DNA of 64,000 bases from Tubulanus polymorphus (Eukaryota > Animalia > Nemertea). The translations under genes and the position numbers were made by a program. The notes under the pieces were generated by a model. It searched no databases. It was not told where the DNA came from and was given only the letters and a program-made list of their open reading frames with translations. Shown in pieces: positions 25,101-35,255 of the stretch. The stretch lies in contig NC_134028.1 of the NCBI RefSeq assembly GCF_964204645.1, forward strand, positions 3,348,001-3,412,000. The letters run 5' to 3'. How positions within the stretch are numbered: position 1 is the first letter of the stretch; every line of letters starts with the position of its first letter.

Positions 25101-25542
25101 TGATTACGACAACGCCGATAGCGATATAGAAACAAAACTCAGTTGTGTGCCTGCTTATGTGAGCATTGATAGCGATCCGGGAAGTCTACAGCAGCTTCCA
25201 GACGCAAACGCGCATCAGATCGCCGCGCAGGTGATTCGGAATTTCGGCTCCGGCGATGCGTCATCGTCGAGCGATAGCGACAGTGACGCGTCCAGCGAAC
25301 GCGACATCTTGCTACATCGACGAGTAGCAGCGTTGGTAGGTTCGAAAGGTAGCAGCGACCAGAGCAGCGCCGGAGGAAGCTTAACCTGGGACGAGTACGG
25401 GAACACGTACAGCCCGTATGCAATAGACGATGATTTAGATACAAACAACAAATACTTACGTGCTGCGTATAATGATCGAAACATCGACCAGCACCAACAC
25501 CTGTTGAACGTTCGGGAAAATCAAGAGGCGGTGCCTCTTTGA
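9998..25542 (+). CDS. NRG: Neuregulin/vein-like membrane-anchored EGF-family ligand (5' exons not identified; spliced CDS)
   Basis: Exons 9998-10160, 10518-10627, 11285-11353, 12548-12640, 16683-16803, [19090-19175 or 20173-20243], 24330-24432, 24523-24664 and 24766-25542 all have AG/GT boundaries with compatible phases. Together they give an I-set Ig domain, S/T/P spacer, EGF domain (intron between Cys4 and Cys5), TM segment RVITVLGIVIGVLVLLGMCLVAYC (compare NRG1 RVLTITGICIALLVVGIMCVVAYC) and a cytoplasmic tail ending NQEAVPL. Confidence 0.92.
10518..10627 (+). CDS. NRG-like exon, C-terminal half of Ig domain
   Basis: tttctag acceptor, gtatgt donor; RGSTIRIRRVRIQDAGAYTCTATNIMG contains the DxGxYxC motif; phase 2 to 1. 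Confidence 0.92.
11285..11353 (+). CDS. NRG-like spacer exon 1
   Basis: tttacag acceptor, gtacaa donor, 69 nt, phase 1-1; VNRRSFDFQITALSTTVPVITAR. Confidence 0.7.
12548..12640 (+). CDS. NRG-like spacer exon 2 (mucin-like, T/P-rich)
   Basis: ttgcag acceptor, gtaagt donor, 93 nt, phase 1-1; ETKFNGASNPTTPSQSVVTTVPRTTPKPTK. Confidence 0.82.
16683..16803 (+). CDS. NRG-like common EGF exon (Cys1-Cys4)
   Basis: tttcag acceptor, gtaagt donor; TGHYYPCEKQTYCLNGGTCIYIPAIKASFC; phase 1 to 2. Confidence 0.92.
17242..17368. mobile_element. MITE family A copy
   Basis: TIRs ggcccgttcca / tggaaccggcc; same internal core. Confidence 0.65.
18227..18399. mobile_element. MITE-like element
   Basis: Terminal inverted repeats taaagcccgacgcacac / gtgtgcgttgggcttta plus subterminal complementarity. 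Confidence 0.6.
19090..19175 (+). CDS. NRG-like EGF C-terminal exon A (alpha-like)
   Basis: ttgcag acceptor, gtatgt donor; CPSKYAGMRCQEINEPFPTFFPKLDGDD; phase 2 to 1. Confidence 0.87.
20173..20243 (+). CDS. NRG-like EGF C-terminal exon B (beta-like; mutually exclusive with exon A)
   Basis: aatag acceptor, gtatgt donor; CPKEFTGNRCQTKDIFTLLRKMK, close to NRG1-beta CPNEFTGDRCQ; phase 2 to 1. Confidence 0.87.
24330..24432 (+). CDS. NRG-like transmembrane exon
   Basis: ttacag acceptor, gtaagt donor; AERRHQDRVITVLGIVIGVLVLLGMCLVAYCLA. Confidence 0.92.
24523..24664 (+). CDS. NRG-like juxtamembrane cytoplasmic exon
   Basis: attag acceptor, gtatgt donor; basic stop-transfer stretch KRREDFHRRRQWRQK; phase 2 to 0. 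Confidence 0.85.
24766..25542 (+). CDS. NRG-like terminal exon (Ser/Asp-rich cytoplasmic tail)
   Basis: tttgtag acceptor in frame with ORF 24841..25542; ends ...NQEAVPL-stop. Confidence 0.88.
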   Translation, partial: QTQTEPVRVEPINPIDCDFEALFPRMKVGMTTLPTDEAKPSSDSRPRLSGISTMPKPEQCLQNTPAIGESDQGSKDSTPSQSSKTESALRWRYSSEDANSRPGSCIEQEPTSDYDNADSDIETKLSCVPAYVSIDSDPGSLQQLPDANAHQIAAQVIRNFGSGDASSSSDSDSDASSERDILLHRRVAALVGSKGSSDQSSAGGSLTWDEYGNTYSPYAIDDDLDTNNKYLRAAYNDRNIDQHQHLLNVRENQEAVPL

Positions 25543-28500
25543 TTTATTTTCTTGACTAAAATCTCAATATGTGATCAATGATAACGTCTCGTTTCGTCGA
25601 AAGAAGAACATTATGAATATGATAATATAACTATTACTATTAGTGTTCGTTGCTGTAGGAGTATATAGTGATCTCCAGCATTGATAATAGTTTTAAACAA
25701 TTGTTATTTAATTACCAACATGTCGTCCTGTGAGGTGATGATGGTGACACCGCATATAGTATTTGATCTGTTTTAGGGAGGGTAGGTTTCATTATTATGG
25801 GTTTTTTTTATCCGCGCAGATACTTTACGTATTATGGTCTCTGACTGTTTAACGTGTGTATTATTTGACACTGCATTATCTGAAAAATGATTGTTGTGAT
25901 TTTATTGTTTTGTACCAATGAAGACGGTTGGAATGTCGTAAGATATATCGTCCTTCGCTTTTGAATTTGAAGAGTCGTAATGGAGAATTGGCGAATTTAC
26001 GTGGAAAAATGAACTAACGGTTGGATTTCTATGTACTGTGATTCGAATAGTCACCCCTTCTTGCAAGCGCGTAATTTAGAAATGTTTGCAGTCAGAAGCT
26101 CGTAACATGCAGTATGCATACTTTCTTGCATATGTACATGAAGATAAGAGTACTACACCTAACACGGTTGATAAAGCTTGGTTTTATGGCACGTTTAATC
26201 GGAGGGCATACAGATCTTGATTTCAAATTTCTAATTCTTCAACGTCATATCTAATTAGATGGAGGTTTTTTATAGGCGCAATTCGTATGCACTTCAACTC
26301 GGAGAGCATATAGATTCTATTTTTTCTGACGCAATATCAAACGACGCGGCAATTCCTAGGAAAAAAATTCTGCAAGATAATGATTTAAATAGTGATTTAG
26401 AAAAGTATTTGAATAACATGTTCGTAACGGATGACGAATTCCAAGAGCAAAATTCGATTGGAAATAAGAATATTCATCGATGCCCTGAATTATCTTCCAG
26501 GTATATATGTTTTTTTTTTTGGTGTGGACTCATTCTTCGTTTTCGAGTCAATGTTCGGAAATTCCTTGCATATAAACGACCAGACGTGTTTATTTTTTAC
26601 CGTTGCATGTGCTTCAATGACTCAAATAATCGCGTAGTCTTACTACTTATTACAAGGTATTCATATGTATAGTTAGATAAACGAATACAATAATATCTGA
26701 CACATAAAAATCGTGTAAATAGCTAATACATCTTAATTATTCGAAAAATGTATTATTGATATATAAACGATGTATGAAGTAAATTATTGATTATTGAAAA
26801 TATGAAAATAATCAATAAGCTAGATCTATGTACATTGCTCGGTCGGATGTAGATTTGAAAATATTTTGTTGTCGGTCGTCAAATTGAATCCATTTCGCTT
26901 TTATCATTCATATATCCATCTCTCACTTCACGAACATTTATTGATATCATCTCGAAATCGTTCATTCGTTCGACATAGCGCAAATAATGCACGCGTTACA
27001 TCGCGTTCATTATCATCATCCCTAAGAGATATCGGTACTTACTCCGTATGTTTTGTGGTAGTGTCCCAAATTACCGACGAATCGACATTGCTTTCGGGGG
27101 GGCGATCATATTGTGCCATTTAAAATGCCCGTAATTGATATATTCGGATTTGACGAAATTACGCCTCAAACTTTGTTTTGTATTCGAGATTTTTTTGTTC
27201 GTTATATTTCTTCATAAATTTCATCATTTTTAGACATTTCATTTCTGTCTTTGTCGTCATTTTCATAGTTCTTGCGCATTGTTATGGAATTCTTCATTTT
27301 TTTGGAGGGAAAAAAGTGGCAAAATGTTTTTTTTTTCTTTTATAATTCAGATACCGCATCGAAGGAACATTAACTATGTGAGTTGAGTAGGTAAAAATTA
27401 CATTCCGGAGATAATGTCCTTCCCCATAAACCCTTGATCCCTTCTCAATCTCACTCACACTGTCGTGTTGATGGGACTACGATAAAGATGAAATAACTTC
27501 GTGATCATTATAGAAATTAATAGATACAATTACTTACGTCAAGGCGGGTTTTGTTTTATAAGAGCCATACAGCAGAATTGGATAATACATTTTATGTCCC
27601 GCAGGTTGTATCTTGAATGGTCACTACCTAAGCTCAAATGCTGGTTGGAGTCAACCGATGGATAATCATGACGTAACAACACAATTTCAATTGCCACCAA
27701 AAATTTATCCACCATCTAGCTCCAACCAACTTTGAACAACTTACCTATGACCAATTAATTCGAGAACATGTAAGAATTGGCATTGACAAAATTTCAGTAT
27801 AGGCTTGAATACCCCACACTTATATCAATACGACTCTATCATAATGATGGTTAATCCAAACCCTACCAACTTTCTAACTTAGCATTTCAATTTTACACAA
27901 ATTCATGTGTCATTTTTGTGTTTATTGAATGGATAAATCGGACTAGATTTTTGCTAATTGTTTGTTTACCTGCTGGGAATTATAAAGAAACGTATGCACG
28001 ACCTATCAAAGCAACCGAAACCATAAAAGCGTCTGGTTTGCGTCGCGGCGCGGAAGACAACGATTCCCTGTTCGTTAAAACTAATCGTCTTGCGTCATTG
28101 TTAAGTATTGATTCGTTAAATGTACAAGACATGAAATCAGGACTCGATAATCAGGGAAGCGAGATTTAAAACAATATGTACTTGTTAGTTCGACGGAATT
28201 TGTTAAGTATGAAGCTCATTGGTTAATTGTCACTTGTTAAAAGCGATTGTTTATTGTTAAAACTCATGCTCTTCCTATATGAATACATATATTGTATATA
28301 AATATAAAGCATGTGTATCTTAACTCGAGTAGGTTAATATTTTGGTGGATAGAAGTTCCGCCCGGTATATAAAAACTGTACAATAAGAAAGTTTTCATTC
28401 AAGTCCCGAGAAGGCTACGGGTCCCATCTGTTCGAGCCAGCAGAATAAACAAATAGGAAGTAATATTTACACTCGCAGAACCCACCACCTAAATGAAGTA

Positions 28501-29046
28501 AATGTTCTTTCAAAACCACCCATTGCCCCGCATGCTGAAAATAACCTTCGTGCAATATTTACGGGTACATGTTATAACTAATCGGTCGCGCTGTATCCCA
28601 ATTATGTAAATAGTAAAAAATATTATCGTATATCGCTAAACATAATATAATTTAAGTCAAGCAAATCGTAATGGGTATTAATTCTGGAGATTTCGCTTAA
28701 CACATAAAATGTTTGAATGGAAAATAATGAAGATGTGGTGCCTTGTATGAACCGGGAACGAGAGAGAAGCTAAGTTTAAACGTTACAAGTTCGTGATATT
28801 TCATTGTTATGCAACGAATGGCCGAGACGTGTTAAAAATCTCCAATATTTTTATATTTTGTACTTATAAAAATGTAAATAACGAAACGAAAAACGTACTA
28901 TATCAGAAATTAATATATAACGTATATATGATAAGTAAATTGTTGATTTATTTATTATGTATATTTATATATTCTGTTGTGATTTTTGGTGTAAATATTT
29001 ACGGTCAACTGCTGTGTCATGTTATACGTAATGTAGTTTGGCCTTC

Positions 29047-29052
29047 AATAAA
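29047..29052 (+). promoter_or_regulatory. Probable polyadenylation signal of the NRG-like gene (3' UTR of about 3.5 kb)
   Basis: AATAAA at the end of an AT-rich tract, followed about 30 nt later by a GT/T-rich element (cgtgttggttttcttcgtg). Confidence 0.5.
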
Positions 29053-30139
29053 AACAGATATCGAATTAAATGCATATTTCCGTGTTGGTTTTCTTCGTGA
29101 TCGCGTTAGGAGTTCACAGAATCAAGGATAGACGTTTTCACTTTGCACGAAACCACCACCTGGTGGATTTAACTGTAACAAGTTGTCTGACTGCCACACT
29201 GACACTAATTTATCATATTTATCTATGAGAAACAGGACAACTGTTTTGACGAACACCAAACGAACTGAATCTGAGACATCAAACGCCGGATATTTTTCTG
29301 ATTGAGATTTTTCCACTTACTTTACAACTAATGTTAATACCTGAAGGTTTAGAATAGAATCGGAAAAATGGTTAAAAGGGATGTACGTTGAGAAGTAAGC
29401 CAGGTGATCTAAGTATTGTCGATACAAATATTTGAATTGGTTGACAGTTACACTGAATTTAAAGCAATCAAACAATATACTTTCGTACAAATAGATCTAT
29501 AAATAATGTGAATACAATTTAAATAGTTTTGGGAAGTCACAGCCGTTTTTCTTAAAAATCACTGCCTCCGAATACACCAGTCATTGAGAGGAGATTTCCG
29601 AAGCTATCATTCATTCTGATATCATGACACGAATATTGTTGTTCGGAAAGTTTTTAAAAAGTTGGCAAACAAGATTTCAGCTTTACTCAGATTTCAAATA
29701 TATTCAGATGATAACCACGTGAAAACATATCGTGACACAATATCTATTTATACATGATGTTTCTCAAATACATTTCACAGTCACTGATGCCACGATAATG
29801 TTTTCTGGTGCTGTTTTTACAATAGAATCGATAAGAATGTTCAATACCTCATTAAGGGCTACTAATGTGACACGTTTAAAATTCGGCCTTCAAGCGAGGT
29901 GATTAATTAAAATGATGAGTGGGCTGGTGAATTTAATTTAATGTGGCGGAAACAATTTGACAGCCGATTAGCTACAGTCATTAAATAACTGATAAAAACG
30001 GTTGTCAACATAAAATACAAATATTCAACAAAACATTATCGATATGGGTGACATGTGAATAAATAGATGTTATGGATAAATAAGAATACGAGATCTTCGT
30101 TCCTTTGATTTCATCTGCTGTATTTGGAGGAATTAAACG

Positions 30140-32438
30140 ATGTTTGCGGCTGTGCTTTGTGCCGTTTTCTTAGCCGTTACTGTCCACGGACAGGTAAAAA
30201 ATGCTATATTTTACTGTAAATAAAATAAGAAAAATTATCATATACTTCAATATTTTCTGGTTTAATAGTGGAAAACGAAGGTCGAGAAATTAATTACAGT
30301 TATTTTTATATTGTCTTCGTTTTCAAGGACTCGGAATTTGAAAAGTATAAACGTAAGTGAATCGTAATACCTATTTGTAAATAGCTTCGAAACATTCTTT
30401 TATAATCAAACCGGTATCTTTTAAATATTCATTCGAAACACGAATAGAGGAAAATCCGATGGAGTTTTCTGGCAAATATCAAGGCGACATCGACATATCG
30501 AGCAGTGGAGCGGTAAGCATAGAAATTCATCTAACATATAAGAAATGAATTTTAATGGGTTTTCTTTGTAAGATATATCTAATGTTTGTCATAAGTAGAG
30601 TCGCAAACAATATTCTGGTTAACAGAATTGAATGATCAGGCTAAGGGTTTGATTTCACTTTTATCCGCGTTAGTTAGAAAATGTAAAAAGAAACATGAAA
30701 CGAAATGGACCATTTTCTTCACAAAAATATTGGGTGATTCGAATTTCAGTTCCGTAATGCTCTGGTCGGCGCGCGTCTATGGTACAACAACGTCGTTATC
30801 TATGACGACAAGCAGATGAGTAAGTTCTATGTCGATAGGTGAAGCCAATGACAATGTCGTGAAATGTGTGTGCATTTATATCTCTACCGCGTGATTGCAG
30901 GTCCGTACGGTCAGGATATGATACGACGAGCTTTGAATGAGATAACGCAGAGTACCGGAGGATGCATCAGATTTAAACGTAGAACCTCGGCAAATCAGCA
31001 AAATTTTGTTAATATTTTCAGCGGAGACGGGTACGTGGCACAATTATTTGTCTATGTTAGATTATGAGATAATATAGGACACTCGTGTCATTTTGTGAAG
31101 TGGTGTTTATGGCAGCATCGTATATAAAGAACTAAAACCAACCATATTTCAATTTTATCATAAATATAAATGTCTCTCAAACGTCCATAAAATTTCAAGG
31201 GTATCGATCATACGTACTTATCTGAGAACGTTGTTGATAATATAGTATATACGCTGGACGACTGATGAAGTTAAAGTAAAAACCTTGATTTACTCGAACA
31301 GGCCTTTTGTCTAACTCGGGCAAGAATAAAATCGATGACGCCCGTTCTTATTTTTCCTGTCTCAAACTGAAACTTCGCTTACCTCACGGTGACCGTTTGT
31401 CCGACTTAGACGACGTTTACCTTATATTCGAAGAACAATGTAACTATTCGATCTACATTTTGTTCTCTTCTCTCAAGTTGTTACTCGCAAGTCGGTATGG
31501 TCGGTGGTGCTCAGAAGATGTCGCTGAATGAACAGGGCTGCGTTCATAGTGTTGGTACAATTCAACACGAGTTTCTGCACGCACTCGGATTCATGCATGA
31601 GCAATGTAGATCCGACCGGGATAGATACCTTCGAATCAACTGGGACAATATACAGCGCAGTAAGCAGTCATCTAATAGAACAACGAGAGAAATACCACAA
31701 TAAATTCAGCCAAAACGAGCAACTTGAATGGATGAGTATATATATTTGCGCAACGTTTCGGCTAAAGACTATTAGCCATCATCAGGCGTACTGAAACATT
31801 CTTTCATGAAACATTCAGTACGCCTGATGATGGCTAATAGTCTTTAGCCGAAACGTTGCGCAATCATCTATTCAAGTTTCTCGTGTTGGCTGAATTTATC
31901 GTGGGATTTCTCTCGTTATACACGGATATTGTGTATCTTCTCGTCGCATCTAATAGAACAAATTTGTTTAAAAACCGTCTAATCTTTCTGATGATTTTTT
32001 GTTTGTTTTAGATATGGCTTTCAACTTTGACAAGGCGAACACAAACAATCAAGACTCTAGGTACACTTATGCATCGATAATGCATTATGGAAAATTTGCG
32101 TTCAGGTAATGAATTTGTTTGTTTGCTTGTTCCATCATGTATTTTGGATATTTTGTTCAATACACTTGACAAATATGAAACATAAGACCATGTCGACAAT
32201 TTATTTGATAATGATCGTCTCGCATTCCATAAATATCAATCAGATTTGTGTGCGAATTCACCTTTGATACTACCATGTTTCAATTAATTATTTCCTATAT
32301 TCATCGATTGTTTCGCAATACTTTTTCAGTGCTAATGGACGACCCACCATGGTGCCCGTTCAGGCAGGTGCTCAAATCGGTACAAGAAAGCTGCACAATG
32401 TTGATATCAAGAGATTAAAGATTCTTTATGGTTGTTAG
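30140..32438 (+). CDS. Astacin-family (M12A) zinc metalloendopeptidase, secreted, catalytic domain only, 242 aa
   Basis: Eight exons (30140-30193, 30328-30352, 30448-30512, 30750-30819, 30901-31030, 31478-31659, 32012-32105, 32330-32438) total 729 nt in frame. Signal peptide MFAAVLCAVFLAVTVHG; prodomain YQGDI (Asp-switch); FR/NAL activation site; zinc motif HEFLHALGFMHEQCRSDRD; Met-turn SIMHY; terminal LYGC. Confidence 0.95.
31749..31788 (-). ncRNA. Minimal type I hammerhead ribozyme motif (antisense arm)
   Basis: Exact reverse complement of 31821-31860. Confidence 0.62.
31821..31860 (+). ncRNA. Minimal type I hammerhead ribozyme motif
   Basis: cgc-CTGATGA-t-ggctaa(tagtct)ttagcc-GAAA-CG-TT-gcg: conserved core, stem II, palindromic ACGT stem III, 3-bp stem I. 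Confidence 0.65.
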
Positions 32439-32474
32439 TTACGATTTCAATATTGAAAAAATCGTATTGATACG

Positions 32475-32480
32475 AATAAA
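32475..32480 (+). promoter_or_regulatory. Polyadenylation signal of the astacin gene
   Basis: AATAAA 36 nt after the TAG stop. Confidence 0.65.
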
Positions 32481-33101
32481 GTTCCGCTGATTACCGGTTA
32501 TTCCCCGGTTTAGCGTTCTGGAGAATTTTGGATTTTTACAAAAACCTGTTCAGAAAAATGCTTGCATATAGCTCATTGTTTCATCAAACCGTGTTTCGTG
32601 ATTCGGAGCGATACACGCAGTCACGAAACCAGCCAGAAATTCGTTTTTGTTTCATGTTTCGGGCTTATATATGTGCGCTATGTGCTCTAGCATTTATCTC
32701 GTCATGTGAATATAGTAGTAAGTAATTGATGATAGCATTATCACTGATGTGGGTGATTAATGTTGTAACTCAAAAATCCACCAGTAAAACTACTGTCCGC
32801 ACGAAACGACTTGTGGTAGAAATCCATTTGGTGCAGGTCGTGAAAGTATTCATTTACGCCACGCTGTGTTATCGATTTTGAGAAGAATATGAATGAATCT
32901 GATATCATTAAGCTAATCCATACTGACAATACATTTCCGTAATTTAATCAAATCTTAACACACTGACAATGTGTACGTTCTCAAACTTTTTCCGTATTGA
33001 AAACCTTAATCTGTTTTCTAATATTCACGAACAGAATGGTTTTCATAGCATAATTCAACAACAACAAAAGCATCGCAAACTTGTGAAGGTCTCTAACAGG
33101 T

Positions 33102-34088
33102 TTATTTCTGACGAACAATAGTTTTTGATATACAATGTCTAAAAATATTTTTTAAGTTCTCTCGCAACTCACGCCCAGTCAGAATATACAGATAGAAGTT
33201 TGCCGAGTAATTCCAAATAGAAAGATTGTCGGATATGAGATAGATCGTCGTTAAATTCTCCGCCCATCCCGGAATCAGAAAAAGTGTTATCACCACCGAA
33301 AATGGAACCGTTGTTACTATGAAAAACACACATGCTGAAACGACCATGACGGCAACTTGGTTAGAATCGGTTTGAGTTTTTGACGACGAAATGACCTTCC
33401 TTGCAGACCTCATTGATACAAGGATAATCATAGTCGCTACGCTGAGAACGATAGCCGGTAGGTAACACATGAAGACAAACATATAGGCAGTGTGCAGAAG
33501 AGAACCAAGTGGGGTATAATAACAAGCAGGTCCATCAGTAGGCATCGTGAACCAGAAAAACAAGAACCACAACATATTTATCGATTCAACCAGGACGATT
33601 GAAACATTTGCGACTTTCATTGTCCAAAATCGAGGCCCTCTGAACGGAAAAGTGATAACAGACATTCTTTCTAACGAAACTAACATGAGAATCGTGGGGC
33701 TGCTGCAACTTGTTACATTCAACACATAAAGAAAGAGTCCACATTTAGTGTACGAACTCAAATTGATGCAAAGATCACCCGAAATCTGGAAACAAATATT
33801 GTTCAACAAAACGCAAAACATATAAACAACGAGAAACGTATCGTTGAAGGCAATAGCGATAAAGAATCTACTGTATGACTTCTTCCAGGTTTTCTTATGC
33901 ATCATCGATATGATGATAAGACTGTTACCGATTAAACCAAATATGACGATGAAAACCATGTTAATATTTCTCATCCACCAAGATATATCTATGTTATCCG
34001 CGCGAGGGGATACGTGCATTGCTATATCTAGATAAACGCGTTTGTAAACCGTCAAATCAGTAGTGCCCTTAGCCGTGTCGTTCATCAT
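33102..34088 (-). CDS. Class A (rhodopsin-like) 7TM GPCR, FMRFamide/peptide-receptor-like orphan, paralogue 1
   Basis: Intronless 328-aa ORF with 7 hydrophobic segments; GLIGN (TM1), IAFND (TM2), LER (DRY variant), TTVP (TM6), NYSANFYLY (NPxxY variant). Confidence 0.93.
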   Translation of the reverse strand: MMNDTAKGTTDLTVYKRVYLDIAMHVSPRADNIDISWWMRNINMVFIVIFGLIGNSLIIISMMHKKTWKKSYSRFFIAIAFNDTFLVVYMFCVLLNNICFQISGDLCINLSSYTKCGLFLYVLNVTSCSSPTILMLVSLERMSVITFPFRGPRFWTMKVANVSIVLVESINMLWFLFFWFTMPTDGPACYYTPLGSLLHTAYMFVFMCYLPAIVLSVATMIILVSMRSARKVISSSKTQTDSNQVAVMVVSACVFFIVTTVPFSVVITLFLIPGWAENLTTIYLISDNLSIWNYSANFYLYILTGRELRENLKNIFRHCISKTIVRQK

Positions 34089-34411
34089 TTTCTCAGTAAA
34101 CGTTACCCAATCACTGGTCTTGAATTTCTCTATACAGCCTTTGTCTAACGACGGACGTAAGATGCAGAGAATTTTTGAAAGAATGAAACTATATATAGAT
34201 TCACATTACACAAATGGAAATGCTATAATCACATCAAACGACATTTATTTTGAAATCATTTGAATTGCGATATTAATGAAAAATTATATAAATACAAATT
34301 TGAAAGTATACACGTTTAAATGAATCTAACTGCACATTTTTTTTTTTAAATCGTTTTCGATGAAAATTTCTGGTGTCGACTTTTCTCATGTTTCTGCGCA
34401 GAATTTTTCGT

Positions 34412-34553
34412 CAGGTTCAGTTGCACAGTATTGATATAAGTCCAAACATGGCTTTGAATCTTTAGACTAGTATTAAGTCGTTAGATTTGCTATAGAACTA
34501 AGATGGTCATAGACTGGTCTTAAATCTGAGCCATGAATATGAAACTGGTCCTG
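34412..34553. mobile_element. MITE family A copy between the two GPCRs
   Basis: TIRs caggttcagtt / aactggtcctg; same internal core. Confidence 0.6.
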
Positions 34554-35255
34554 TTCGACGCTATCTCTAGAAATATGTTTTTTGAGTTTTAAAGATATTT
34601 TTAAATGTGACTTCGCAAAACGATTTATGCAATGGTTAATAATAGCTTCAATGTCAGGTGCCGATTTCGACGAAGCGCATGGCCCCCTATTTCTGTTAAG
34701 ATAACATTTTCACAGCGTGACTTGAAAAATTTACGCAGTAGAAAATTATCGCCATCTTTTTTTAGAGTCAAAGAATCCTTAGCTGCTCTCAATTCATACA
34801 TTATTCCAGATTTTCTTGAAGGAGAACCCCAAAATCCCCATTAAAGGCTAAGTGACTACGCTCGGGTGCCAACCCCCTCCCCTCCCCATTAATTCTTAAT
34901 TCCTGGATCTGTTTCTGATTGTGTTGTGTATGTAATAAGCAATCAGCAATATCCACAGTCTAATCTAATCAATGAGAATTTACGTGAAGCCATTGTTCGT
35001 TCGAGAAATACAACTGAAAAAAAAACACCTTACGACAGCCGTGTTATGGTTCATGGGGTACATCAGTTATTGTGTTTTTTAGTGCATCATCTGAGTCGAT
35101 TTCATTTGAATTGATTTTCTATTACTCTGACAATGGTCATATTATCTGCTTAAATTTCGACAAATGAAATGATAATTTGCTAACAGATTCAACACAATTT
35201 CAAATCTAACATATTTCAACAACAACGAAAGCTTCGCAGACACGTTCATGTTTCC

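Larger units (their letters stand above)
31684..31946. mobile_element. Palindromic Penelope-like insertion in astacin intron 6 with two intact hammerhead cores
   Basis: Inverted arms about 31682-31917; 15-bp direct repeat catctaatagaacaa at 31669-31683 and 31947-31961; same tail sequence as the 4858 element. Confidence 0.75.

Noticed and set aside
25139-25484. Antisense ORFs over the NRG last exon (likewise those over the GPCR and ninjurin CDSs)
   Set aside because: Shadow ORFs of real coding sequence, with no independent motifs.
26259-26672. 137-aa ORF
   Set aside because: Lies in the AT-rich putative 3' UTR; no recognisable domain or splice support.
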